DNA of 64,000 bases from Dehalococcoidia bacterium (GTDB lineage: Bacteria > Chloroflexota > Dehalococcoidia > Lucifugimonadales > SHYT01): positions 14,764-78,763 of the forward strand of contig SHYT01000008.1 of the NCBI GenBank assembly GCA_009692665.1, given 5' to 3'. The position numbers and the translations under genes were made by a program. The notes under the pieces are model-generated. The model did no database searches. It saw only the letters and a list, made by a program, of their open reading frames with translations, and was not told the DNA's origin. This document shows positions 1 to 9,047 of this stretch, piece by piece. Every line of letters starts with the position of its first letter. Within the stretch, counting starts at the first letter, position 1.

Positions 1-1271
1 TGATTCCTGAGTGGAATGACCTCGTCTATCGGGGTTTGTGGAAAGAAGCCCTCGATCGTCTCCTGAAGACGAACAATTTCCCTGAGTTTACCGGGCGTGT
101 CTGCCCGGCCCCATGCGAAGGCTCCTGCGTGCTCGGCATCAATGAGGCACCAGTGGCGATCAAGACCATTGAACAGGAAATCATTGAAAAAGGCTTTGCC
201 GAGGGTTGGATCAGGCCCAATCCCCCGGCTGTTCGGAGCGGTAAGAAGGTCGCCGTTGTGGGCAGCGGGCCCGCGGGTCTCGCCGCCGCTGACCAGCTCA
301 ACCGTGCCGGCCATCTCGTGACCGTGTTCGAGCGGGCCGATCGGCCTGGCGGTCTGTTGATGTACGGCATTCCTAATATGAAGCTGGAAAAAAGGGCGGT
401 CGTGGAGCGCCGCCTTCGCCTCATGGAAGAGGAGGGCATCACCTTCCAATGCAACACTGAGGTTGGAAAGAGTTATCCAGCAGACAGGCTCTTAAAGGAA
501 TTCGATGCCGTCGTGCTCAGCACTGGCGCGACCAAGCCCCGTGACTTGCCGATAGATGGTCGCGGGCTTAAGGGCGTCTCTTACGCGGTGGACTTCCTGA
601 CGGCAAACACCAAATCTCTCCTGAATGAACACACCAACGGGGACTACATCAATGCCGGTGGCAAAGACGTCATTGTGATAGGCGGCGGCGACACCGGGAC
701 CGACTGCGTTGGAACCGTCATGCGGCACAATTGCAGGAGCCTCATCCAACTCGAAATCCTTCCTCAACCTCCCAATGAACGTCCAAGCGATAACCCCTGG
801 CCTCAATGGCCCCGCATCTATCGAATGGACTACGGCCAGGAAGAGGCGGCTGCCCGCTTCGGCGCGGACCCTCGGCGATACTTGGTTACCGCCAAGCGAT
901 TCATTGGTGATGAGCGCAGCAACCTTAGCGGCATTGAAATCGTCCGTGTAGAGTGGGCCAAGGACGCATCGGGTCGCCTCAACCCCGTGCCTGTCGCGGG
1001 TTCTGAACAAGTCCTGCCTGCTCAGCTGGTTTTCTTGGCCATGGGATTCCTGGGACCGGAAGATGCCGTGGCTGGCCAGCTCGGCGTCGCCCGTGACGAA
1101 CGCTCGAACTACAAGGCCGTCCACGGACGCTTCGCCACCAACATCCCAGGTGTCTTCGCCGCTGGCGATTGCCGTCGCGGCCAGAGCCTCGTCGTCTGGG
1201 CGATTAACGAAGGCCGGGGTGCAGCCCGAGAATGCGACCGCTTCCTGAGCGGCACGACCTCTCTTCCATAA
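1..1271 (+). CDS. gltD: Glutamate synthase small subunit / GltD-family NADPH oxidoreductase (5' end outside window)
   Basis: Frame is open from base 3 ([17 protein letters not shown]...), so the start lies left of the window. Shows the [17 protein letters not shown] Fe-S cysteine motif, the [14 protein letters not shown] dinucleotide-binding motif and C-terminal [16 protein letters not shown]. Stop TAA at 1269-1271. Confidence 0.9.
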   Translation, partial: IPEWNDLVYRGLWKEALDRLLKTNNFPEFTGRVCPAPCEGSCVLGINEAPVAIKTIEQEIIEKGFAEGWIRPNPPAVRSGKKVAVVGSGPAGLAAADQLNRAGHLVTVFERADRPGGLLMYGIPNMKLEKRAVVERRLRLMEEEGITFQCNTEVGKSYPADRLLKEFDAVVLSTGATKPRDLPIDGRGLKGVSYAVDFLTANTKSLLNEHTNGDYINAGGKDVIVIGGGDTGTDCVGTVMRHNCRSLIQLEILPQPPNERPSDNPWPQWPRIYRMDYGQEEAAARFGADPRRYLVTAKRFIGDERSNLSGIEIVRVEWAKDASGRLNPVPVAGSEQVLPAQLVFLAMGFLGPEDAVAGQLGVARDERSNYKAVHGRFATNIPGVFAAGDCRRGQSLVVWAINEGRGAARECDRFLSGTTSLP

Positions 1272-1289
1272 AAGAGGCTGGGCTTTGGT

Positions 1290-2238
1290 GTGGGCGACTT
1301 CAATCCTATATGGCGGGATGAGGACTACGCTAAGAAGAGCCGCTTTGCCATGCTTACCGCTCCGCCTCTCTTTGTCTATTCCGTTGATCTTGCTGCAGAC
1401 ATTATCAGCGGGGGTGTCGACTCCTCACGCCTGAGCAATACATTTCGCTGTTCTATGCATCGGTGGACATGGAGTTCCACAAGACTATTTGGGTGGGTGA
1501 CCGGCTGTATGCGCAAACCACGCCGATCGACGTCGTTCGGAAGGATACTCAGTCTCTTGGTCCCGTGTGCTTTGTTGCAGGCCGGACCCAGTACATCAAC
1601 CAGCGCCATGAGGTGGTGGCCACGACTATCACGCAGTTTGCGCGTTTTGTGAACCCTGGCAAGGGTGTGCAGTACAACCGAGAAAGCAAAACAGGGGTGC
1701 CGGGGAATGAGGCGCCGGACCCCTTGGTATGGGAGCGCAAGGCTCGTGGTGGTCAGACCAGGCACTGGGAAGATGTGCATAAGGGGGGGAGCAGCTCCCG
1801 GACGTTAAGAAGGGCACTTTTACTCTCACAGAGATGTTCAATTTTAGTCTGTGTGTGCTATCCCCCAGTCGTCCAACGCGCAAAGCAATAGAGGAGGCTG
1901 GCACCATAGACTTTGGGGGTGGAGGCCGTGCTGATCCTGGCTATGCCCAGAGGAGCCGGGCGCAGCAAGGGCAGTTTGACTACGGCCCGCAGCGGGTGTG
2001 CTGGGTCAGCCAAGTGGTAACGGATTGGATGGGCGATAACGCTACGCTCAAGAAACTGAAAGTGGCAGTCCGCCATCCCAATATTGTGGGGGACACCAAC
2101 ACGGTGAAGCGCAAAGTCCGGAACACCTATGTTGAGAATAGTGAACATCTGGCCGATATTGAGGTGGCGAACAAAAACCAGTCTGGTCTCGGAACTGCCA
2201 TCGGCATCGCTACCGTTGCTTTGCCAAACAAAGCCTAA
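1290..2238 (+). pseudogene. Decayed MaoC-like double hot-dog hydratase gene (5'-truncated, split over three frames)
   Basis: ORFs 1290-1652, 1463-1891 and 1834-2238 lie in three different frames. Read in order they match the intact paralog at 36926-38014 ([16 protein letters not shown]~GDMNPLFLDPTYGAKS; VDMEFHKTIWVGDRL~VETEWHKPVKVGDRL; HWEDVHKG~YWEDVKEG; VVTDWMGDNATLKKLKV~VLTDWIGDEGWLRKLRV). The frame opens right at the gltD stop, so about 50 N-terminal residues are missing. The second shift maps to a G7 run at 1783-1789. Confidence 0.75.
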
Positions 2239-2403
2239 GGTGGCATAGCTCTAGCGTCTTGGAGAGGGCACACGTGTTGTGCTCTCCCCTTTTCTGGTGG
2301 TTCGCTTGCCAGTTGCTTATTGGCCACCTTTGGAAGTATCGTCCGCTAAGCGCTTTTGTGCTAGACTGCGCCACATTGGTAATTTCCTATGGACAAGAAA
2401 TAG

Positions 2404-3687
2404 ATGAGCGAGCCGGAGACCCAGCTTCCAGCCCCCAAGGCTGCTGAGCCCTCCCTTGTCAAACGCATCGGAGGGTCAGTCGGCAAAGCCGCGGAGTCCC
2501 TCCGATATCGGAACTTCCGCCTTCTCACGCTGGGCTCTCTGTCTCTGGGATACGGACAGTGGTTCCAGTCCATTGGTCTTATGTGGCTTGTGCTGACCAT
2601 GTCCCACTCGCCGGTTCTCTCTGTGAGCGTGGCGGCTTTGCGGGGTGTTCTTGCCATCGCTGTTTCGCCCGCAGGCGGATGGATCTCAGACCGGTACAAC
2701 AGGAAAGCGGTCGTCGCCTGGAGTACGGCTCTGGCGAGTGGGCAGGCCCTTATTCTCTGTGCCTTGGTACTGACGGGCCACGCCAACTATTGGGTAATCT
2801 ACGGGTTCACGGCGTTGGAAGGAATTTCTCAGGGTATCTATGGGCCAGCCCGGCAAGCTCTCGTATTCAGCGTCGTTCCCCGCGAGAGTTTGCCAAACGC
2901 AGTGGCTTTGAACTCCATGTCACAGAATCTTGCTCGAGTCACCGGGCCGGTCATAGCCGGTATGGTCATCGGTTTCTGGGGCAACGGATGGGTCTTTGCT
3001 CTGCTGGCCCTATCCAGGATCATCGCTTCTCTGTGGACTATGCAGATCAGCGCGGTAGCGCAGCAGCAGGCCAGCAAGCACGAGTCGGCGTGGGCCAGCA
3101 CCACGGCCGGATTCCGCTATGCCATCAAGGACAAGACCGTCGGCAGCGTCATCATTCTCCAGCTCATACTCTCCTTGCTCATCCTGCCATACGTGCAGCT
3201 GCTTCCGTTCTTCGCGGACGAGGTCTATCACCAGGGCGCGCAAGGGTACGGCATTCTGACTACATTTGTCGGATGGGGCTCCCTTGTTGGCCTGAGCACG
3301 CTGGTCTTTATCGGACGCGTGAAGCGAAAAGGCCTGCTTGCGCTGGGTACCCTCCTTGCCTACGCCATCTTCGTCATGGCTTTCTCCCGCTCAACGGTAT
3401 TCAGTCTCTCGATTGCCATTCTCGTCTGTGCTGGCTTTTCTCTATCAATCTTTATGGCTATGGAACAAACGCTACTCCAGCTCCTCACGCCAGACGATAT
3501 TCGGGGAAGAGTCTTTGCACTTTCACAAATGGGACAAGGCTTCCAACCGGTCGGCACCTTCCCTATGGCGTACGCAGCCGAGCAGATCGGCCTCGCCAAC
3601 GGGGTGACCGCGTTCATGGCCATGGCGGTTGTTGCTACCTTGGCAGTCGCGGCCTTTTCCTCCAAGTTGCGGGCAACCCGTGTATGA
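2404..3687 (+). CDS. MFS transporter
   Basis: 427 aa, hydrophobic multi-helix profile throughout. MFS motif-A-like GGWISDRYNRK loop after the second helix. ATG start. Confidence 0.85.
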   Translation: MSEPETQLPAPKAAEPSLVKRIGGSVGKAAESLRYRNFRLLTLGSLSLGYGQWFQSIGLMWLVLTMSHSPVLSVSVAALRGVLAIAVSPAGGWISDRYNRKAVVAWSTALASGQALILCALVLTGHANYWVIYGFTALEGISQGIYGPARQALVFSVVPRESLPNAVALNSMSQNLARVTGPVIAGMVIGFWGNGWVFALLALSRIIASLWTMQISAVAQQQASKHESAWASTTAGFRYAIKDKTVGSVIILQLILSLLILPYVQLLPFFADEVYHQGAQGYGILTTFVGWGSLVGLSTLVFIGRVKRKGLLALGTLLAYAIFVMAFSRSTVFSLSIAILVCAGFSLSIFMAMEQTLLQLLTPDDIRGRVFALSQMGQGFQPVGTFPMAYAAEQIGLANGVTAFMAMAVVATLAVAAFSSKLRATRV

Positions 3688-3716
3688 ACCGTAGCAGGCT
3701 GGGGTAGAGGTCGTAT

Positions 3717-4907
3717 ATGGTCGCGCCACTGGACGGCATCAAGGTTATTGATCTATCGCGCCTTGCTCCCGGCCCCTTTTGCACTATGATTCTTGGCGAC
3801 CTTGGCGCCGAGGTTCTTCGGGTCGAAGAGCCCGGTGGCGGAGCTATGGCGGCCTCTCGCCCTCGACAGGATCCAATTGCGATACGACGAGCGGCGGCAT
3901 TCAGTGCCGTTAACCGCAATAAGCGGAGTATTACCCTGAACCTCAAGCACCCAGAGGCGCGCACGGTGTTATACCAACTCTGTCAAGATGCCGACGTCTT
4001 TGTGGAAGGATATCGGCCTGGCGTCGTGAAGCGCCTTGGTTGCGATTACGAGACGCTCCATGCTATCAACCAGCGCCTGATTTACTGCTCGCTATCCGGC
4101 TACGGCCAGACTGGGCCGTACCAGGGTCTCGCCGGCCACGATATCAACTACATTTCCTTCGCTGGGATGCTGGGCCTCATGGGTCCTGCAGATGGTCCCC
4201 CAGCCATCCCCCTCAATATCGTCGCCGATATGGCAGGCGGGGGTATGCACGCAGCCATAAGCATCCTGGCTGCCCTCCTAGCGCGCGGTAAGACGAGCGA
4301 GGGGCAGTATGTGGACGCGGCCATGCTGGACGGTGTGTTCTCCATGCTGCAAAGTGTTACCTCCGCGTTCCTGTCAACGGGGCGCGTGCCCACCAGGGGC
4401 AGCGAGTCGCTCAGTGGTAGCCTGCCGCACTACAACGTGTATGAGTGCGCTGACGGCAAGTACCTGTCTGTGGCCGCGTTGGAGCCTGACTTCTGGCAAA
4501 CCCTGTGTACTGCCATGGGCCGTGAGGACTTCATTCCACACCAGGGCGACGAGGCACAGCGCACAGAGCAGTTCTCTTTCTTCCGCCGCACGTTCAAGAC
4601 GCGCACCCGTGATGCATGGTTTGACCTGCTCTCTAGGGCCGGCGACAGTGCGACGGCCAAAGTATTAAGCATGGATGAGGTGGTTACTGACCCACAGGTT
4701 CGTGCCCGTGGCCTCGTGGCCGAGGTCGGCGTCGTCAATGGCGAGACCGTCCGCCATCCCGGCATAGCGTACAAGCTTTCAGCCACGCCGGGGAGCGTCC
4801 GGAGCCTGGGTGTCCCGCGGGGCGAGCATACCGATGAGGTGCTTAAAGAGATGGGCTACTCGTCAGAGCGTGTGCGGGTGATGAGAGATCAGGGTGTAGT
4901 GGAATAG
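3717..4907 (+). CDS. Family III (CaiB/BaiF) CoA-transferase fold protein, alpha-methylacyl-CoA racemase-like
   Basis: N-terminal IKVIDLSRLAPGPFCTMILGDLGAEVLRVE and NRNKRSITLNLK are typical of the family. AGHDINYISFAGMLG resembles the GHDINY His region of alpha-methylacyl-CoA racemases. Confidence 0.8.
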   Translation: MVAPLDGIKVIDLSRLAPGPFCTMILGDLGAEVLRVEEPGGGAMAASRPRQDPIAIRRAAAFSAVNRNKRSITLNLKHPEARTVLYQLCQDADVFVEGYRPGVVKRLGCDYETLHAINQRLIYCSLSGYGQTGPYQGLAGHDINYISFAGMLGLMGPADGPPAIPLNIVADMAGGGMHAAISILAALLARGKTSEGQYVDAAMLDGVFSMLQSVTSAFLSTGRVPTRGSESLSGSLPHYNVYECADGKYLSVAALEPDFWQTLCTAMGREDFIPHQGDEAQRTEQFSFFRRTFKTRTRDAWFDLLSRAGDSATAKVLSMDEVVTDPQVRARGLVAEVGVVNGETVRHPGIAYKLSATPGSVRSLGVPRGEHTDEVLKEMGYSSERVRVMRDQGVVE

Positions 4908-5151
4908 CCACGGACGGGACGGGAATCACGCGTAGCAAGACTCCCCAGCGTTGCCCAACAAACCTCTCGGCTTCAGTTATATGGGCCATGTACTTGGTAT
5001 AAGCTGAAAAGTGAGGCATTCCGTGAACAAACTCAGTGCAATACAATCCATACCAATACCGCACGGAAATAGGCTGGCATGATCTGATTATTCCCGCACA
5101 ATTCTGAGCTTTTGTGATACGTTGCATATACTAATCGCTGGAGAGGGAAGT

Positions 5152-6162
5152 ATGCAGAAGACGACGAAGGGAAAATCTCGACAGAATGCCAAAGCTGTGG
5201 CGCCTCAATCACGCCGCGCTACTCCCCGAATCCCCAGCGAGGCTGAAGCGCGTGGCTATCTGAAAGACCTCAGCAACTGGGGTAGATGGGGCAAGGAAGA
5301 TACATTAGGTACTCTGAATCTTATCTCTCCCAAGAAGCGGGTGGACGCCTCGCGGCTGGTTAAGGAGGGGACGACAGTCAGCCTGGCCAGGCAGATCAAG
5401 AAGGAGACGGCGCCTGACATCACAACCCCCTTCCAACACTTCATGACTGGCACAGGCGAGTCGTTTGCTAATAAAAAAACTCCGCCAGGGTCTATGCAGG
5501 GGGCAGGTGACTTCTATGGCATTGCGTACCACGGGTATTACTACACCCACTTGGACGCGCACAGCCACGTTTTCTCTGACGGCAAGCTGTACAACGGAAT
5601 GCCTGCGGAGATGGTGACATCGCGGGGCGGCGCTGGCGCAGGCAGCGTTGAGGCCGCTCACAGTGGCGTGGTCACCCGCGGCGTGCTGCTAGATGTTCCA
5701 AAGATACGCGGAATCAAGTGGCTGGAGCCAGGTCAGGGCGTTTTCCCGGAAGACCTGGAAGCCGCTGAGAAAGCGGCTGGCGTGCGCGTAAGCGAAGGGG
5801 ACGCACTGCTGGTCAGGGTTGGACACTGGAAGAGGCGCACGGAGCTTGGCCCCTGGCCGTTGACTCAGGGCTGGGCCGGGCTACACGGCGCTTGTCTGCC
5901 CTGGCTTCGGGAACGCGGCGTGGCTTTGATAGGGAGTGACAGCGCCAATGACGTAGTCCCCAGTGGCTACCCTGGCTTCTCTCGCCCAATCCATGAAACA
6001 GGAATCGCCAAGATGGGCTTATGGCTCTTGGATGACTGCGATTTTGAAGAGCTCGTGGCCACTTGCGAGCGGCTGCGCCGATGGGAATTCCTTTTCAGCC
6101 TGGCGCCCCTCAGGGTCGTGAACGGCACCGGTTCTCCCGTAAATCCCCTTGCAATTTTCTAG
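5152..6162 (+). CDS. Cyclase-family (kynurenine formamidase-like) metal-dependent hydrolase
   Basis: NWGRWGKEDTLGTLN and a His/Asp cluster YHGYYYTHLDAHSH match the HxGTHxDxPxH-type cyclase motif. ATG 5152 follows GGAGAGGGA. The longest ORF starts at TTG 5122. Confidence 0.75.
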   Translation: MQKTTKGKSRQNAKAVAPQSRRATPRIPSEAEARGYLKDLSNWGRWGKEDTLGTLNLISPKKRVDASRLVKEGTTVSLARQIKKETAPDITTPFQHFMTGTGESFANKKTPPGSMQGAGDFYGIAYHGYYYTHLDAHSHVFSDGKLYNGMPAEMVTSRGGAGAGSVEAAHSGVVTRGVLLDVPKIRGIKWLEPGQGVFPEDLEAAEKAAGVRVSEGDALLVRVGHWKRRTELGPWPLTQGWAGLHGACLPWLRERGVALIGSDSANDVVPSGYPGFSRPIHETGIAKMGLWLLDDCDFEELVATCERLRRWEFLFSLAPLRVVNGTGSPVNPLAIF

Positions 6163-6230
6163 TCCTCTGGATTTGGTCCCTGAACTAGAGATCGTGCAGC
6201 GCAAAATAACCGGGAAGGAGACTTAACGGT

Positions 6231-7439
6231 ATGAGCCAAAGTGACATCCTTTCCCACCTTCGCGTCCTGGATGTGAGCGACGGTGTTGCTGGGGCGCATT
6301 GCACCGCGTTACTGGCCAGCTTAGGCGCAGAAGTCATTAAGGTAGAATCCCCGCAGGGAGACCCCTCACGCCAAGTCGGGCCTTTCCCCAAAGATCTGCC
6401 ACACCCTGAGCGTAGCGCTCTGTTTCTTTATGAGAATGTCGGGAAATTTGGAATAACCTTGGATATGCATACCAAGGATGGTATCAGGGAATTTGCCCAA
6501 CTGGCGCAGCAATCTGATGTCATCGTAGAGAGTTTTGCGCCTGGCGCTCTCCAGCAGTTGGGGCTTGGATACGGGCTACTCGCACAGCACAATCCGCGGT
6601 TGGTGCTGTCATCTATCACGTGGTTTGGCCAGAGCGGCCCGTATCGGGACTGGGCAGGCGGGCCAATGGTCACCTTTGCCGCTGGTGGCCTTATGCGGCT
6701 CGCAGGCGAGCCAGGCCGGACACCGTTGCACCTGCCATCCTACGTACTGGAGCGCATTGTCGGTATCAGCGCTTTTACCGCTACGCTTGCCGCTGCGCAC
6801 GTCGCTGGGCTCACAGGCAAGGGACAAGAAGTCGATGTCTCGTTTGTTGAGACTGTGGCAAGCATCCACGAATTTACCGTTCCTGCTTATATCACCAAGG
6901 GGCAAATAGTCAACCGCGTCGGCAACTACGCCCTTTCCTGGTCAATCGTGCCCTGTAAAGACGGCTTTCTTGGCTTTAACGCCGTGTCCGCCAGCAATCG
7001 ATGGGACCGGCTATGTGAGCTGTTGGAAATGCCCGACCTGCGGACGGACCCTCGCTTTGCCGATAGCGGCGCGCGGAATCGCAACGCCGATGAGTTATTC
7101 GTCGTCCTTCTGGAATGGGCCAAGGACAAGCCTAAGGACGAGGTGTTCACCAGGGCGCAACGTTCAGGCCTTGCCATAGGAGTCGTGCAAGATGTGGATG
7201 AGGCTTTCGCCATGGAACAGTTGCGCGCCCGCGCGTTTTTTGTTCCTGTAACGCATCCAGAAGTAGGCACCCTTGAGTATCCAGGATTTCCTTTCCACGT
7301 AACGGATCCAACTACACCACACAACGCGGAACAGCACCAGGCCTCGGCACAGCCAATGGGCGGTCGGTTTGCCGAGCGACCCCTGAGAGCGCCTTTACTT
7401 GGTGAACATAATGCCCTTGTCTCCTCTCGATTGCGTTAA
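6231..7439 (+). CDS. Family III CoA-transferase (CaiB/BaiF)
   Basis: LRVLDVSDGVAGAHCTALLASLGAEVIKVESPQGDP N-terminus and overall length are typical of CoA_transf_3 proteins. Confidence 0.85.
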   Translation: MSQSDILSHLRVLDVSDGVAGAHCTALLASLGAEVIKVESPQGDPSRQVGPFPKDLPHPERSALFLYENVGKFGITLDMHTKDGIREFAQLAQQSDVIVESFAPGALQQLGLGYGLLAQHNPRLVLSSITWFGQSGPYRDWAGGPMVTFAAGGLMRLAGEPGRTPLHLPSYVLERIVGISAFTATLAAAHVAGLTGKGQEVDVSFVETVASIHEFTVPAYITKGQIVNRVGNYALSWSIVPCKDGFLGFNAVSASNRWDRLCELLEMPDLRTDPRFADSGARNRNADELFVVLLEWAKDKPKDEVFTRAQRSGLAIGVVQDVDEAFAMEQLRARAFFVPVTHPEVGTLEYPGFPFHVTDPTTPHNAEQHQASAQPMGGRFAERPLRAPLLGEHNALVSSRLR

Positions 7440-7514
7440 GCATCAGTCAATCAAGGGAAAACCAGGTAGGGACGGTTCGCACGAGCCAGCGCGCCAGGAT
7501 AAAGGAGATGTGTG

Positions 7515-8822
7515 ATGCCACAAGCGCTTGAGGGCATTCGCGTACTCGACTTGGGCATTGCCTGGGCGGGTGCCCATTGCACAAAAATACTGGCGGACAT
7601 GGGCGCCCAGGTGATTCGTATTGAATCCCCCACCGAGCCAAATCTGCGCGGCCCAGCACGCCCTGCACCTGGCTTTGGCATGTACCCTAAGAATGATCCT
7701 GGGCCGCGTCCTTGGAACCGCGCTGGTGGGTTCAATGAGCGCAACCGCAATAAGGTAGGCATCTGTCTTGACTTGGGAACTGAAGAAGGCCAGAAGATTT
7801 TCCATCGCCTTGTGGCCATTAGCGATGTGCTAGTGGAAAACTATAGCTCCCGTGTCGTGGCCAAGCTGGGCTTCGGCTACAAAGTGCTCCAGCCCGTCAA
7901 TCCCTCCCTCATTCTGCTGTCTATGCCCGGCATTGGTCGAGAAGGCCCCATGCGAGACAATGTTTCCTATGGCCCCACGCTTGAACAGATGTCTGGTGCT
8001 GCGTCCATTGAGGGCTACGTGGATGGTCCGCCTCAGCTCTCAGGCGCCCTCTACCCTGACCCGACAAGCGGCATCCTAGGCGCGGGGGCTATTTTGGCAG
8101 CGCTCGAACGCCGCCGCCGCACGGGGCAGGGTGCCTACATAGAGATGCCTCAGCTTGAGACAACTGTAGGGTTGATCGGCGAAGTGTTCTTGGACTACCA
8201 GATGAATGCTCGAAAGCCACGGCGGACTGGCAATACACGCGCCAGTGCGGCCCCCCATGACGCATTCCCCTGCCTTCCCTCTGCTGGGCCTGACGGCGCC
8301 GAACAAGAGGGCTGGGTCGCTATTTCCGTGTCCAGTGACCAGGTGTTCCAGCATCTGTGCGCGGTCATCGGTCGACCAGAACTGGCGGCCGATAGCCGGT
8401 TCTCCACGCCAGCTGCCCGCCATGAACGTGAAGAGGAATTGGCGGAGATCATTTCCGCTTGGACAAAGACACAGCCGCAACGCGCGGCAATGGAAACCCT
8501 CCAGGGAGCCGGAGTGCCTGCCGGCGCCTTACTCTCCGCGCCAGAACTGCTCAGCGATCCCCACCTGACCGAACGCCACTTCTTTGAGATCAGCCATCAC
8601 CCTGAAGCTGGTAGCTTCCCGGTCCCCGGGGTGCAATTTAAGCTCTCCGCCACGCCGGGCAGCGTGCGCACCCCTGCTCCTACGCTCGGGCAGCACAACG
8701 GGTGGGTTCTGAGCGAACTGCTAGGCTTTTCATCCGCGGAGATAGCTTCTCTGAATGCAAGGCGGATTGTTACCACGATTCCTACAGACGCGGTGACGGA
8801 GCCAGGAGCACCTAAGGGCTGA
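7515..8822 (+). CDS. Family III CoA-transferase (CaiB/BaiF)
   Basis: IRVLDLGIAWAGAHCTKILADMGAQVIRIESP and NERNRNKVGICLDL match the family. ATG 7515 is preceded by AAGGAG; GTG 7512 is an alternative start. Confidence 0.85.
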   Translation: MPQALEGIRVLDLGIAWAGAHCTKILADMGAQVIRIESPTEPNLRGPARPAPGFGMYPKNDPGPRPWNRAGGFNERNRNKVGICLDLGTEEGQKIFHRLVAISDVLVENYSSRVVAKLGFGYKVLQPVNPSLILLSMPGIGREGPMRDNVSYGPTLEQMSGAASIEGYVDGPPQLSGALYPDPTSGILGAGAILAALERRRRTGQGAYIEMPQLETTVGLIGEVFLDYQMNARKPRRTGNTRASAAPHDAFPCLPSAGPDGAEQEGWVAISVSSDQVFQHLCAVIGRPELAADSRFSTPAARHEREEELAEIISAWTKTQPQRAAMETLQGAGVPAGALLSAPELLSDPHLTERHFFEISHHPEAGSFPVPGVQFKLSATPGSVRTPAPTLGQHNGWVLSELLGFSSAEIASLNARRIVTTIPTDAVTEPGAPKG

Positions 8823-9047
8823 GGTCACTATGAATGGCGCGTGGATTTTTGCTCCCTCACGACCTTGTCGCAGGTAGCGCTTGGCCAGAGTGCGGAACAA
8901 AGGTGTCAGGGTTCACCTGCTCAAGAAGGGTTCCATCTGCCTCTTCGACGAAAAGGCGATATCGCGCATTTAAATAGGTAGCTGGCATTCTGTTCCAACG
9001 CGATATATGATTGGTTTCAATCGGGGAAGGAGGAAAGGCGAAAAATT

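Noticed and set aside
2559-3707. 382-aa same-strand alternate-frame ORF inside the MFS gene. Likewise 52440-53228 and 52738-53670 inside the MFS gene at 52534-53871.
   Set aside because: The product is Arg/Gly/Pro-rich and non-membrane-like, while the overlapping frame gives a coherent 12-helix transporter. Alternate-frame openness is expected at this GC content.
4843-5127. 94-aa minus-strand ORF in the AT-richer spacer before the cyclase gene.
   Set aside because: It has no RBS and no recognisable motif. The region reads better as the promoter and 5' UTR of the 5152 gene.
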